Shown here piece after piece: positions 9,328 through 17,075 of a DNA stretch of 43,350 nucleotides. Positions within the stretch are counted from its first letter, which is position 1. Each line of letters opens with the position of its first letter. A program made the position numbers and the translations under genes. Below the pieces are notes generated by a model that worked only from the letters and a program-made list of their open reading frames with translations, searched no databases and had not been told where the DNA came from. This stretch comes from a virus (Duplodnaviria > Heunggongvirae > Uroviricota > Caudoviricetes), in IMG/VR virus record IMGVR_UViG_2703718812_000010; one strand, 5' to 3'.

Positions 9328-9621
9328 ATGAGCAAAGTACGCGTTATTTTTGAATTTAAGCATGTTTCGCATGACGAAAAACCGGCAGGCAATGACTGTG
9401 TTGAAGTGCATGAAAAGATTGGTGTGGATGTAAAAACAGAACGTGATACGAATAACAGGCCGACGTCACTCTGTGACGTTTATGCAAGTATTCTCCAGTA
9501 TCACAGTCCTGAAATTATTCAGTTTCTCTCAGCGGAATTTCAGGCATCTGTACAGGCTTTTGGGGCGGATGCCATCATTAAACGCCACCGCGTGCATAAA
9601 GCATCAGGCACACTGCAATAA
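9328..9621 (+). CDS. hypothetical early protein, 97 aa (paralog B)
   Basis: Internal ATG of ORF 9301..9621 with a GGGG-rich ribosome-binding region upstream; N-terminus parallels the previous gene. Confidence 0.5.
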   Translation: MSKVRVIFEFKHVSHDEKPAGNDCVEVHEKIGVDVKTERDTNNRPTSLCDVYASILQYHSPEIIQFLSAEFQASVQAFGADAIIKRHRVHKASGTLQ

Positions 9622-9632
9622 GGAAAAACAAA

Positions 9633-10163
9633 ATGGCAAAACGCGTTACAAAATTAAAGGCCGCAGCAGAGGCGGCACCGCAGACCCGTGAAGAGGTCAG
9701 TCGCGATATCCGCACCCTGGGCGATATTCAGCGAGAGGCGCTGCGGCTGGAAACGGCGATGAATGATGAAGTGGCAGAAATCACCGCCCGTTATACGCCG
9801 CAGATTGAAAACCTTAAAAAAGAAATCAAAGTGCTTTTTAAGGGGATTCAGGACTGGTGCAAAACCAACCGAGATGAGCTGACGAACGGCGGCAAAACCA
9901 AAACTGCCAATCTGACCACCGGAACGGTGTCATGGCGACTGGGGAATCCATCATGCAGCGTCAGTCGTGATGTGGAAGGTGTGATTGAAATGCTGCGCCG
10001 TATGGGCCTTGAGCGTTTTATCCGCACGAAAGAGGAAGTGAACAAGGAAGCGGTCCTGGCGGAGCCGGATGCGGTGAAAGGGATTGCCGGTATTAAGGTG
10101 AATAAAGGCGCTGAAAGTTTTTATGTCGAGCCTTTTGAACAGGACGCTGGACTGAATAAATAA
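9633..10163 (+). CDS. gam: Gam-like host-nuclease inhibitor (Mu Gam family)
   Basis: 176 aa ORF at the Mu gam position; N-terminal basic/coiled region then C-terminal domain; matches Mu Gam (174 aa) in size and sequence character. Confidence 0.8.
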   Translation: MAKRVTKLKAAAEAAPQTREEVSRDIRTLGDIQREALRLETAMNDEVAEITARYTPQIENLKKEIKVLFKGIQDWCKTNRDELTNGGKTKTANLTTGTVSWRLGNPSCSVSRDVEGVIEMLRRMGLERFIRTKEEVNKEAVLAEPDAVKGIAGIKVNKGAESFYVEPFEQDAGLNK

Positions 10164-10260
10164 CACCGCATTAATCAATTAAATATCACTTCGTTTTAAT
10201 TATGGCGCTCGCGTCAGGGGACTGCCTGCGCCTGTAAACTGAAAATAAGGAACAGGATAT

Positions 10261-10803
10261 ATGGCATATTTTTATTTCAAATTAGACCGTGTGCAGACAA
10301 ATAAATATTTCACCAAATATCAACAGACTGTTTTACCGCTACGCAACAGTATTCTTCGGGCATTACTGAAAAATACAGGCGCTGCCGGATTGCGCTTAAA
10401 GCCGTTTGCCATGGACGTAATCAGTGAGTTTTATTTTTCTGGTGCTCTGCCTGCGGGCTGGCGTAAGCGCGATGATGTGGCTTTTGTCGGGGACGGACCG
10501 TGCTTTATTGCCAGACCTGATGAGTCATGCCCTGAAGGACCGGCGATTGCCGCAATGATTGAAGCCGCTGAACGCGAGTTAAGAAAGCGTCCTGATTTCC
10601 TTGTCTGGCTCTGTGAAAAGCTGGGGGTAATGAGAATCCCCTCCATGTTTAACATGGACTCCTGGTGGACCCCGTCGCTCTCCCGTGATGCCCTGTGCGT
10701 GGTGTTTAAAGTAGGCGCTTATGGCAGGGAAATAAAAGGGGGTATTCCTGAAGAATGCCAGGAGATTAAACATTCTGAATATGTGGCGCTGACGGAGGAA
10801 TAA
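10261..10803 (+). CDS. hypothetical early protein, 180 aa
   Basis: ORF only. Confidence 0.45.
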   Translation: MAYFYFKLDRVQTNKYFTKYQQTVLPLRNSILRALLKNTGAAGLRLKPFAMDVISEFYFSGALPAGWRKRDDVAFVGDGPCFIARPDESCPEGPAIAAMIEAAERELRKRPDFLVWLCEKLGVMRIPSMFNMDSWWTPSLSRDALCVVFKVGAYGREIKGGIPEECQEIKHSEYVALTEE

Positions 10804-10806
10804 TTC

Positions 10807-11340
10807 ATGATTGATGCAAAAGTGCTTGAAGGGGTTAAAAACTGGCTGAGTATTTACGGGCGTCTGACCTGCGGCATTCTGGCTGAAAAAATGAATATGC
10901 CGCCATCCTCGATGGTTTATTTTCTGCGTGATGCGGTCGATGCCGGGGTGCTGACGGAATGTAACGGTTTTTATGATATTCCGCGTCCCCGCCCGGTGCA
11001 GCCGGTTCGTCGCAAATGCAGCCAGGAAGGTGCGGCTGATGATGTTCAGTGGTGCAGCTTCAGAAAATCCCTGCCGTGGATTGAGGGGCATGATATTCCG
11101 TCAATGGCGTGGGAATTTGCTCAGGGCGTTCTGACCTGTGAAACCGTTTATGTGGTGGCTGAAGTTGATGAGCAGGCCATGAAAGAAGGCGTGCCCCAGT
11201 TTGTGATGGCGTATATCGACATACGCCTGGGTGTCATTATCTGCGGTTTAAGCGGCTGGAATATCACCTCGCGCGTTCTGCGTTACCTGATTGTTGACCG
11301 GACGGCCGCGCCTGCTGGGATATCTGCGGAGGTGGCGTAA
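10807..11340 (+). CDS. hypothetical early protein, 177 aa
   Basis: ORF only; 4 nt after the previous stop. Confidence 0.45.
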   Translation: MIDAKVLEGVKNWLSIYGRLTCGILAEKMNMPPSSMVYFLRDAVDAGVLTECNGFYDIPRPRPVQPVRRKCSQEGAADDVQWCSFRKSLPWIEGHDIPSMAWEFAQGVLTCETVYVVAEVDEQAMKEGVPQFVMAYIDIRLGVIICGLSGWNITSRVLRYLIVDRTAAPAGISAEVA

Positions 11341-11855
11341 TGTTCTTTAAAACATCAAACCCTTCCGCGCTGGCCGCGTGGCAAAAATATCAGCAGGACT
11401 GCCAGAAAGTTAAGGATGAGGCAAAACGCCTTGAGGCCGTGCTGAATGTTGCGTGCCGGTCGGTATTTGTATCCGGTATCAGTGGCTTTTGTTTTAAAGG
11501 GCTGCGCTTTATGGATGACAAATATCCTTTTCATCGCGACTTATGGCGAAAACCGACTGCGTCGAATGGCTGGAGCTGCACACCGCGCACATCACGTATT
11601 CCCAAAGCCCTGCGCGTTGCCTCTGACGAACTTAACAGTCTGTGGCGTGAATATTCGCCCGTCACGTATGCCAGAACCGATGCACTGTTGTTCTGGCTGG
11701 GTATTGATTTCTCGGCAATCATGTTTGGCCCTGTGAAGTGGTTCTGCGTTGACGATGTGATTTACCTTGAGTGCGGCGTAAAACCCGCAAATCAGAAAAT
11801 GACCGAAATTCTGTCTGATGAGTTTTATGCTGCTGAAAAGCGAGTCAGGGGGTGA
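11340..11855 (+). CDS. hypothetical early protein, 171 aa
   Basis: ORF only; start overlaps the previous stop. Confidence 0.45.
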   Translation: MFFKTSNPSALAAWQKYQQDCQKVKDEAKRLEAVLNVACRSVFVSGISGFCFKGLRFMDDKYPFHRDLWRKPTASNGWSCTPRTSRIPKALRVASDELNSLWREYSPVTYARTDALLFWLGIDFSAIMFGPVKWFCVDDVIYLECGVKPANQKMTEILSDEFYAAEKRVRG

Positions 11856-11858
11856 TGT

Positions 11859-12410
11859 ATGATGATTTTACAACCCATGGGGCGAAAAGGTCAGGCACCT
11901 GCTCATGTCCGTGCGTGGACACCTGAAGAAGATGCGCTGCTGATTGCGCTTTATCCATCCACCCCGGTTAAGGATATTGCTGTCAGGGTAAAAAGAAGTT
12001 TCTGGGGTGTACATAACCGGATTGTTTTATTACGCGGTACTTACCCGGAGTTGCTCAAATGCAAACGTCCAAGATTTAAACATGATGAAGATAAATTTAT
12101 CCGAAAAAATGCCAGAACGATGACCGGTAAGCAAATAGGAGAATATCTGGGGCGAGACCGGGATTCTGTCCACAATCGGGCGCGATATATTGGCGTAAGC
12201 ATGAAAAAATACGGAGAATTGCTGCCCTTCACCCGTATACCTGACGATGATGTTCATCTTATTCGTGAATTACGGGATGCTGAATCACCACGACGTCTTA
12301 CCTTCCGGGAAATAGGCGAGAAATTTGAATTATCCGAGAGTACGGTGAATTTTATTTATCACCATCGCCGGACTGCCGAGGACGCTGTATTACGGGAGTT
12401 AACGCCATGA
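11859..12410 (+). CDS. putative DNA-binding protein with three tandem HTH-like repeats, 183 aa
   Basis: Three roughly 40 aa repeats (..VKDIAVRVKRSFWGVHNRI.. / ..TGKQIGEYLGRDRDSVHNRARYIG.. / ..LTFREIGEKFELSESTVNFIYHHRR..). Confidence 0.45.
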   Translation: MMILQPMGRKGQAPAHVRAWTPEEDALLIALYPSTPVKDIAVRVKRSFWGVHNRIVLLRGTYPELLKCKRPRFKHDEDKFIRKNARTMTGKQIGEYLGRDRDSVHNRARYIGVSMKKYGELLPFTRIPDDDVHLIRELRDAESPRRLTFREIGEKFELSESTVNFIYHHRRTAEDAVLRELTP

Positions 12411-12592
12411 TAAAGAGACTTGTATTTTTCGCAATTTTCGTTCCGGTGTTGGGGGTTGGTTTTATATTTGCGATTACAGGAAACCTGTCCATGATGCCAG
12501 ATATTTGGTTCTTTATCAGGATGTCGCTCTTCCTGTTTATTATGAATCTTCTTATCGACATATATATCCGTATTACTGGAAAACATAAATGA
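12407..12592 (+). CDS. small membrane protein, 61 aa
   Basis: Two hydrophobic segments; overlaps neighbours by 4 nt. Confidence 0.4.
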   Translation: MIKRLVFFAIFVPVLGVGFIFAITGNLSMMPDIWFFIRMSLFLFIMNLLIDIYIRITGKHK

Positions 12593-12963
12593 GAAAAATC
12601 ACGTCCTTGTCAGAGTTACAGGAGATGAATATGAGTATTGAATTAAGATCGTCTTATGAGTATCGCAAATTTCTTATCGCCGGAGGCATGAAACCGGAAG
12701 ATGTGGAAAAAATCGTTTCTTTTATGGATAAGGAATGTGATAAGCGGGATGTGTCAGAAATTATTATGGATGACATGATTCTGGATTCAGTCGTGGCGTT
12801 AAGTCCGTTATGGATTGTGCATTCTCTTGCGGAAATTGCCAAAGGCACCGATAAACAGGCAGCTGTTGCTGCCCTTCAGACGCTTAATGAAATGCGTATA
12901 TCTCCACGCCCGACATTAATACAGATGATTTTGTCCAGTATGGAGGATAAAGCAAATGAATAG
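12589..12963 (+). CDS. hypothetical early protein, 124 aa
   Basis: ORF only. Confidence 0.4.
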   Translation: MRKITSLSELQEMNMSIELRSSYEYRKFLIAGGMKPEDVEKIVSFMDKECDKRDVSEIIMDDMILDSVVALSPLWIVHSLAEIAKGTDKQAAVAALQTLNEMRISPRPTLIQMILSSMEDKANE

Positions 12964-13153
12964 TCTACCCGCTGGATGGGCGCGCCCTCTGATGGCTAAG
13001 AAGCATCATTTTTTTAAAACTGGCGATAATATCAGTATATGTAGGCGGTGGTTATATCTGGCTCATAATCGCGAGCCGGATACATTTGAAAGCCCTGATG
13101 ACTGTGCCGAATGTCGCAGAAGACTGAATAAGGAGAAAGATAATGGACAGTAG
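12956..13153 (+). CDS. hypothetical small protein, 65 aa
   Basis: ORF only; Cys-x-x-Cys pair (CAECRRR). Confidence 0.35.
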   Translation: MNSLPAGWARPLMAKKHHFFKTGDNISICRRWLYLAHNREPDTFESPDDCAECRRRLNKEKDNGQ

Positions 13154-13439
13154 TTCGCAGTTGTTCTGGTGTTTATATATCACATCGTTTTTCGGTGCAT
13201 TCGTCATTACACGATGGCTGTGCCGGAAAGTTATCAGTATTTTTCATAAAAAATACCTGATTGGGCTGGCGGCGACTTCTCTGATTAATGCACTTGCCAG
13301 ATATCATAAGGGGGAATACTACTCAAGAATAAAAACTGATGATGGTTTTAATATTTTTGTGATTCCTCCGGAGTATCGGGTTCAGCTCGATCGGGAAAGT
13401 AATATCTATCATATCAGCAGGAGTGTTGATACAGCATGA
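13143..13439 (+). CDS. small membrane protein, 98 aa
   Basis: N-terminal TM helix LFWCLYITSFFGAFVITRWL. Confidence 0.4.
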   Translation: MDSSSQLFWCLYITSFFGAFVITRWLCRKVISIFHKKYLIGLAATSLINALARYHKGEYYSRIKTDDGFNIFVIPPEYRVQLDRESNIYHISRSVDTA

Positions 13440-13945
13440 GAGGGAAACTGATATCCGCTATTCATGTGGCAAAGCACGAGCTTGCCCTAGATGATGAGAC
13501 CTACACATTCGTACTACTGGCAGCCACCGGCAAAACCAGCTGCCGGGATATGTCACCCGGTGAGTTATCCCGCGTGCTGGATGTTTTCAAAAAACGCGGT
13601 TTTAAAGTGCGTCAGAAACCGGTTAACCGGGCCTTAAAACCGGGTACGGTGACCGCCAAAATTCGCGCCATCTGGAAAGTGATGCACCGGCAGGGCTTTA
13701 TCTCTGATGGTGCGGAAACCGCTCTTAACCGCTGGGTGAAATCGCAGACGGCCGCGCAGAACGGCGGCGAAGGTGTGGCAAACTGGCAGTGGCTGGAGCA
13801 ACACCCCGCCCTGGCCTCAGATGTGCTGGAGCGTCTCAAGCGATGGCACCGCCGCAAAATGCTGGCCGCGATGGGAATGCCCGAACGCACGCTGATGGGG
13901 TATGACGCCGTTTGCAGGCAGTATGAAAAATCACTTCCCCGTTAA
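13436..13945 (+). CDS. Mu gp16/GemA-like protein (DUF1018 family)
   Basis: N-terminus MRGKLISAIHVAKHELALDDETYTFVLLAATGKTSCRDMSPGEL typical of gp16 proteins of Mu-like phages; last gene before the early-operon terminator. Confidence 0.65.
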   Translation: MRGKLISAIHVAKHELALDDETYTFVLLAATGKTSCRDMSPGELSRVLDVFKKRGFKVRQKPVNRALKPGTVTAKIRAIWKVMHRQGFISDGAETALNRWVKSQTAAQNGGEGVANWQWLEQHPALASDVLERLKRWHRRKMLAAMGMPERTLMGYDAVCRQYEKSLPR

Positions 13946-13949
13946 CCCC

Positions 13950-13980
13950 AAATCCCGCCACAACGCGGGATTTTTATTTT
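13950..13980 (+). terminator. intrinsic terminator at the end of the early operon
   Basis: Stem AAATCCCGC (13950-13958) / GCGGGATTT (13965-13973) followed by TTATTTT. Confidence 0.6.
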
Positions 13981-14014
13981 AAACTTACCGGGAACGCGAG
14001 AACCGGAGGCTGAT

Positions 14015-14440
14015 ATGGCAGAAACTCAGATGAGCATGTTTGGTGGTGACAGTGAGCAACTGCACGCCCTTATCGACCGCCTTGATGACATCCCTGATGA
14101 TGTTCTCAAAAAGAACTGGCCGCGGACCCTGTCAGAACTGGTTGAAGTCACCGGCGCAGAACTTCAGCGTCAGGGGATTGAGCCGGTACTGGCCGGTAAA
14201 CTGGCACGCAAGGTGGCTGCGGCTCAGGCAGCCTATATGGGCGGACGGGGTTATTACCTGCCGGTCGGGGAATCTCTCTTTGCCGAGCTGCGAAACAATG
14301 AGATATTTTCGCGCTGGGACCGGGGCGAGAAAATTGAATCCCTTCGCCGCCATTACCGGATGTCAGAAACCCAGATTTATACCGTCATACGCGAACAGCG
14401 CCGTCTGCATCTGGTAAGAACGCAACCGCCACTTTTCTGA
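14015..14440 (+). CDS. Mor/C-family transcriptional activator (middle/late gene activator)
   Basis: 141 aa; Mor/C-like sequence with C-terminal HTH region; lies between the early terminator and the lysis genes. Only one Mor/C-family gene was recognised in the window. Confidence 0.7.
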   Translation: MAETQMSMFGGDSEQLHALIDRLDDIPDDVLKKNWPRTLSELVEVTGAELQRQGIEPVLAGKLARKVAAAQAAYMGGRGYYLPVGESLFAELRNNEIFSRWDRGEKIESLRRHYRMSETQIYTVIREQRRLHLVRTQPPLF

Positions 14441-14511
14441 TATTCCGCAAAGCCTGCCGCCTCTCCTTCACCGTTACGCTGACTCAGAGAACATCATGAG
14501 ACAGCGTAACA

Positions 14512-15012
14512 ATGCCAAAACTCCCCGCACCACTGCGTAAAAAGCTGATTGCCCTTGTTCTGGCCGGTGCCGGGACGTTCACGATTGCCACGCATTACAC
14601 CGGTTACTGGGAAGGGAAAGAAAACTCCACGTATATCGATCCCACCGGTACACCCACCATCTGTTACGGCCATACCGGCCCGGATGTGAAACCGGGTATG
14701 ACCCTGACAGATGAAGAATGCCTGGAACTACTGGAAAAGGACATGAAATGGGCCTTTGCGGCCATTGATCGGCGTGTTCAGGTGCCGCTTACCCGTGGTC
14801 AGACGGTGGCGCTGGCTTCGTGGATCTTCTGGGCCGGTGAAACGAACTTTCGCAACTCCACGCTTCTGCGCCTGATCAATGCCGGGCAGATGCCCGCGTC
14901 CTGTAAGCAGTATATCCGCTGGATTTATTCAAAGGGGGTGAAACTCCCCGGCCTTGAGGCCCGCCGTTCGGCGGATGAATGGTTATGTCGCTACGACTTG
15001 CCGAAAGTCTGA
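14512..15012 (+). CDS. SAR endolysin (T4-type lysozyme fold, GH24-like)
   Basis: N-terminal signal-anchor-release-like hydrophobic segment LIALVLAGAGTFTIATHY followed by the catalytic E-x8-D-x5-T pattern (YWEGKENSTYIDPTGTPTICYGHTG). Confidence 0.8.
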   Translation: MPKLPAPLRKKLIALVLAGAGTFTIATHYTGYWEGKENSTYIDPTGTPTICYGHTGPDVKPGMTLTDEECLELLEKDMKWAFAAIDRRVQVPLTRGQTVALASWIFWAGETNFRNSTLLRLINAGQMPASCKQYIRWIYSKGVKLPGLEARRSADEWLCRYDLPKV

Positions 15013-15085
15013 ACCGCTTCTGGCGACCGCTCATGATAGCGCTGCTGTGTGCGGTACTGCTGTTACGGGGTGTCCTGTGGCTGCG

Positions 15086-15475
15086 GTGAATAATGCCTTA
15101 CCGGCCCTGATTGCCGGGGCGTGCATGGCGGCGCTGGGGATTATCGCTGTACTGGTTGCCGCTATATGGGGAATGCACCAGAAGACGCAGCGCCTTGAAG
15201 ACAATAATCAGGTGCTTGTGCGTGAGCGGGATGAGGCGCGTCAGGTGCTGGCAAATCAGCAGCACACCCTGCAACTCATTTCACAAATCAGTGAGGCGGC
15301 CACGAATGAAAAACAACAGAACATTCAGCACAGCGAGGGGCAGCAGAGCGTTGTCCGCCGGTCGCTGGCGGCAGTGCCTGCGGCCTCTGCCCCTGTTCCT
15401 GATGATGTGGCTGATCGGGTGCGCCGGGCCGTCTGTGAAATACGTGCCTGTGAAGCCGGTGCCGATCCCCGCTGA
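15086..15475 (+). CDS. i-spanin (Rz-like); start uncertain (ORF track gives 14954)
   Basis: N-terminal TM helix ALPALIAGACMAALGIIAVLVAAIW followed by a coiled-coil-like Q/E/R-rich periplasmic region; possible GTG start at 15086. Confidence 0.55.
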   Translation: MNNALPALIAGACMAALGIIAVLVAAIWGMHQKTQRLEDNNQVLVRERDEARQVLANQQHTLQLISQISEAATNEKQQNIQHSEGQQSVVRRSLAAVPAASAPVPDDVADRVRRAVCEIRACEAGADPR

Positions 15476-15677
15476 ATGGCTGGCTGACTGCCTGGTCCCT
15501 CCTGCGCCGGAGCCGTTCACGTTTGGGGCATCGGTCACTTACAACCTGCAACTGCTGGCGGTGATCAAGAACTGCAACGTGGACAAGGCCAGTATTCGTC
15601 GTCTGGAGGCGCGGCGACAACATGAATTTACTGATATGGCCGGAACGCCTGCTGTTCCGGCAGGAAAGACGAAGTAA
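15306..15677 (+). CDS. o-spanin (Rz1-like lipoprotein), overlapping the i-spanin in another frame
   Basis: Lipobox LIGC followed by a proline-rich region (PVKPVPIPAEW...PPAPEP); start codon uncertain. Confidence 0.5.
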   Translation: MKNNRTFSTARGSRALSAGRWRQCLRPLPLFLMMWLIGCAGPSVKYVPVKPVPIPAEWLADCLVPPAPEPFTFGASVTYNLQLLAVIKNCNVDKASIRRLEARRQHEFTDMAGTPAVPAGKTK

Positions 15678-15687
15678 GGAAAAAGGT

Positions 15688-15915
15688 ATGGATGATTCAG
15701 ATCGTGCTCAGGCTGTGATGGAGCGGGGATCAGAACGCGCCCTTTGTAACCGGCTGACACGTAAGCGCCGGGCAATGGATGCTCCGGGCAGACGTGTCTG
15801 CGCGGACTGTGGCGGAGAGATCCCCGCCGCACGTCTTGTTGCTGTGCCGGATGCCATCCGTTGTGTGAACTGCCAGAACATCATGGAGGCCCGTCATGTG
15901 GGTCAGCATCGTTAA
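15688..15915 (+). CDS. DksA/TraR-family C4 zinc-finger protein
   Basis: CADCGGEI...CVNCQ four-cysteine motif near the C-terminus in a roughly 75 aa protein; ATG at 15688 inside ORF 15622..15915. Confidence 0.6.
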   Translation: MDDSDRAQAVMERGSERALCNRLTRKRRAMDAPGRRVCADCGGEIPAARLVAVPDAIRCVNCQNIMEARHVGQHR

Positions 15916-16204
15916 AGATTATGTTGTGCCGATCCTTTCGGCGACGGCAACCGCTGGCGGGATATTCATGGCGCTGATGCGCAAAACGTTTGTCCCCCGC
16001 GAGGCCTTTGAAAAACTCTCCGACCGCGTTGAGAAGGTGGAAACCCGCCTGTCGTCACTGCCGACAGAAGCCGAGGTCAACCGTCTGAATGTGGAAATCG
16101 TGACCCTGCGGGGTGAACTGAAAACCACGAACGCCACGCTCCGCTCTGTCTCCTATCAGAACGAACTGCTGCTGGAGCAGGCGGTAAGGAAAAAAACACA
16201 ATGA
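15896..16204 (+). CDS. membrane-anchored coiled-coil protein, 102 aa (candidate lysis accessory / releasin-like)
   Basis: N-terminal TM helix VPILSATATAGGIFMALM then a coiled-coil-like region; sits downstream of the lysis cassette. Confidence 0.4.
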   Translation: MWVSIVKDYVVPILSATATAGGIFMALMRKTFVPREAFEKLSDRVEKVETRLSSLPTEAEVNRLNVEIVTLRGELKTTNATLRSVSYQNELLLEQAVRKKTQ

Positions 16205-16491
16205 GTGATTTCATTACTGAAGATCAGCGTCTTGTCATTCTGCGGTCGCTGGCGGATTACAACGGCGAACTGGGTGAATCCGTGCTCCAGGACTGTCTGG
16301 ATGATTACGGTCACCGCGTGTCCCGCGACACCGTTCATACTCATATTGCCTGGCTTGCCGAGCAGGGGCTGGTGCGTAAGCGCACGCTCGTTAATGGTTA
16401 TTTCATCGCTGAACTGACCGGCCGGGGTCAGGATGTGGCGGAAGGCCGCGCCACCGTTCCGGGTGTGAAGAAACCACGCGCAAGGGGGTAA
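16201..16491 (+). CDS. hypothetical late protein, 96 aa (Mu gp26 position)
   Basis: ORF only; start overlaps the previous stop. Confidence 0.45.
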   Translation: MSDFITEDQRLVILRSLADYNGELGESVLQDCLDDYGHRVSRDTVHTHIAWLAEQGLVRKRTLVNGYFIAELTGRGQDVAEGRATVPGVKKPRARG

Positions 16492-16493
16492 CG

Positions 16494-17075
16494 ATGGATA
16501 AGCCAACGCGTGGCCGTGTACGCAAGGTGGACTTGCTCCCCGACAGCATCCGTAAGCCACTGCTGGAAATGCTGCGTGAAAAACGTCTGACGCAGGTCCA
16601 GATACGCGAGGAAATCAACCGTCTGATCCGTGAGGCGGGCCTGCCGGAAGAGCAGCAGCTTTCACCGGCGGCCATCAGCCGGGAAGCCTCCCGTAATGAG
16701 CTGATTGCCCGTAACCTGCGTGATTTACGCGAGCAGACAAAAGCCATGATGGCCGAACTGGGGGACAAGCCAACCGGTGAAACCACTGCATTGATCCTGG
16801 AGATGTCCCGCGCCCTGATGTACCGCCGTCTGCGTGCCGCGACCGAATCCCTGAACAGTGACAGCGACGTGGATATGCGTCTTATTAAGGACATCCTCCT
16901 GTCAGCACAGCGTGCGGAAAGTGCCGCCGAGCGCAGCATTAAGCGTGAAAAAGAAATCAGGGCTGCATTTGCTGAAGAGATGGCAAACGCCGTCACCGAC
17001 GAGCTGCGCGGCGTGGACGGGATGAGTGAACAGCTTGAGTCCCGTATTAAGGGGATTCTGTTGGGTAAAGTCTGA
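16494..17075 (+). CDS. putative terminase small subunit (Mu gp27 position)
   Basis: 193 aa basic/acidic helical protein immediately upstream of the large terminase; assigned by position. Confidence 0.5.
   Translation: MDKPTRGRVRKVDLLPDSIRKPLLEMLREKRLTQVQIREEINRLIREAGLPEEQQLSPAAISREASRNELIARNLRDLREQTKAMMAELGDKPTGETTALILEMSRALMYRRLRAATESLNSDSDVDMRLIKDILLSAQRAESAAERSIKREKEIRAAFAEEMANAVTDELRGVDGMSEQLESRIKGILLGKV

Noticed and set aside
15033-15089. 18-codon hydrophobic ORF (MIALLCAVLLLRGVLWLR) between the endolysin and the i-spanin as a mini-holin
   Set aside because: Too short and with no ribosome-binding site; it may simply be the out-of-frame image of the i-spanin N-terminal region.
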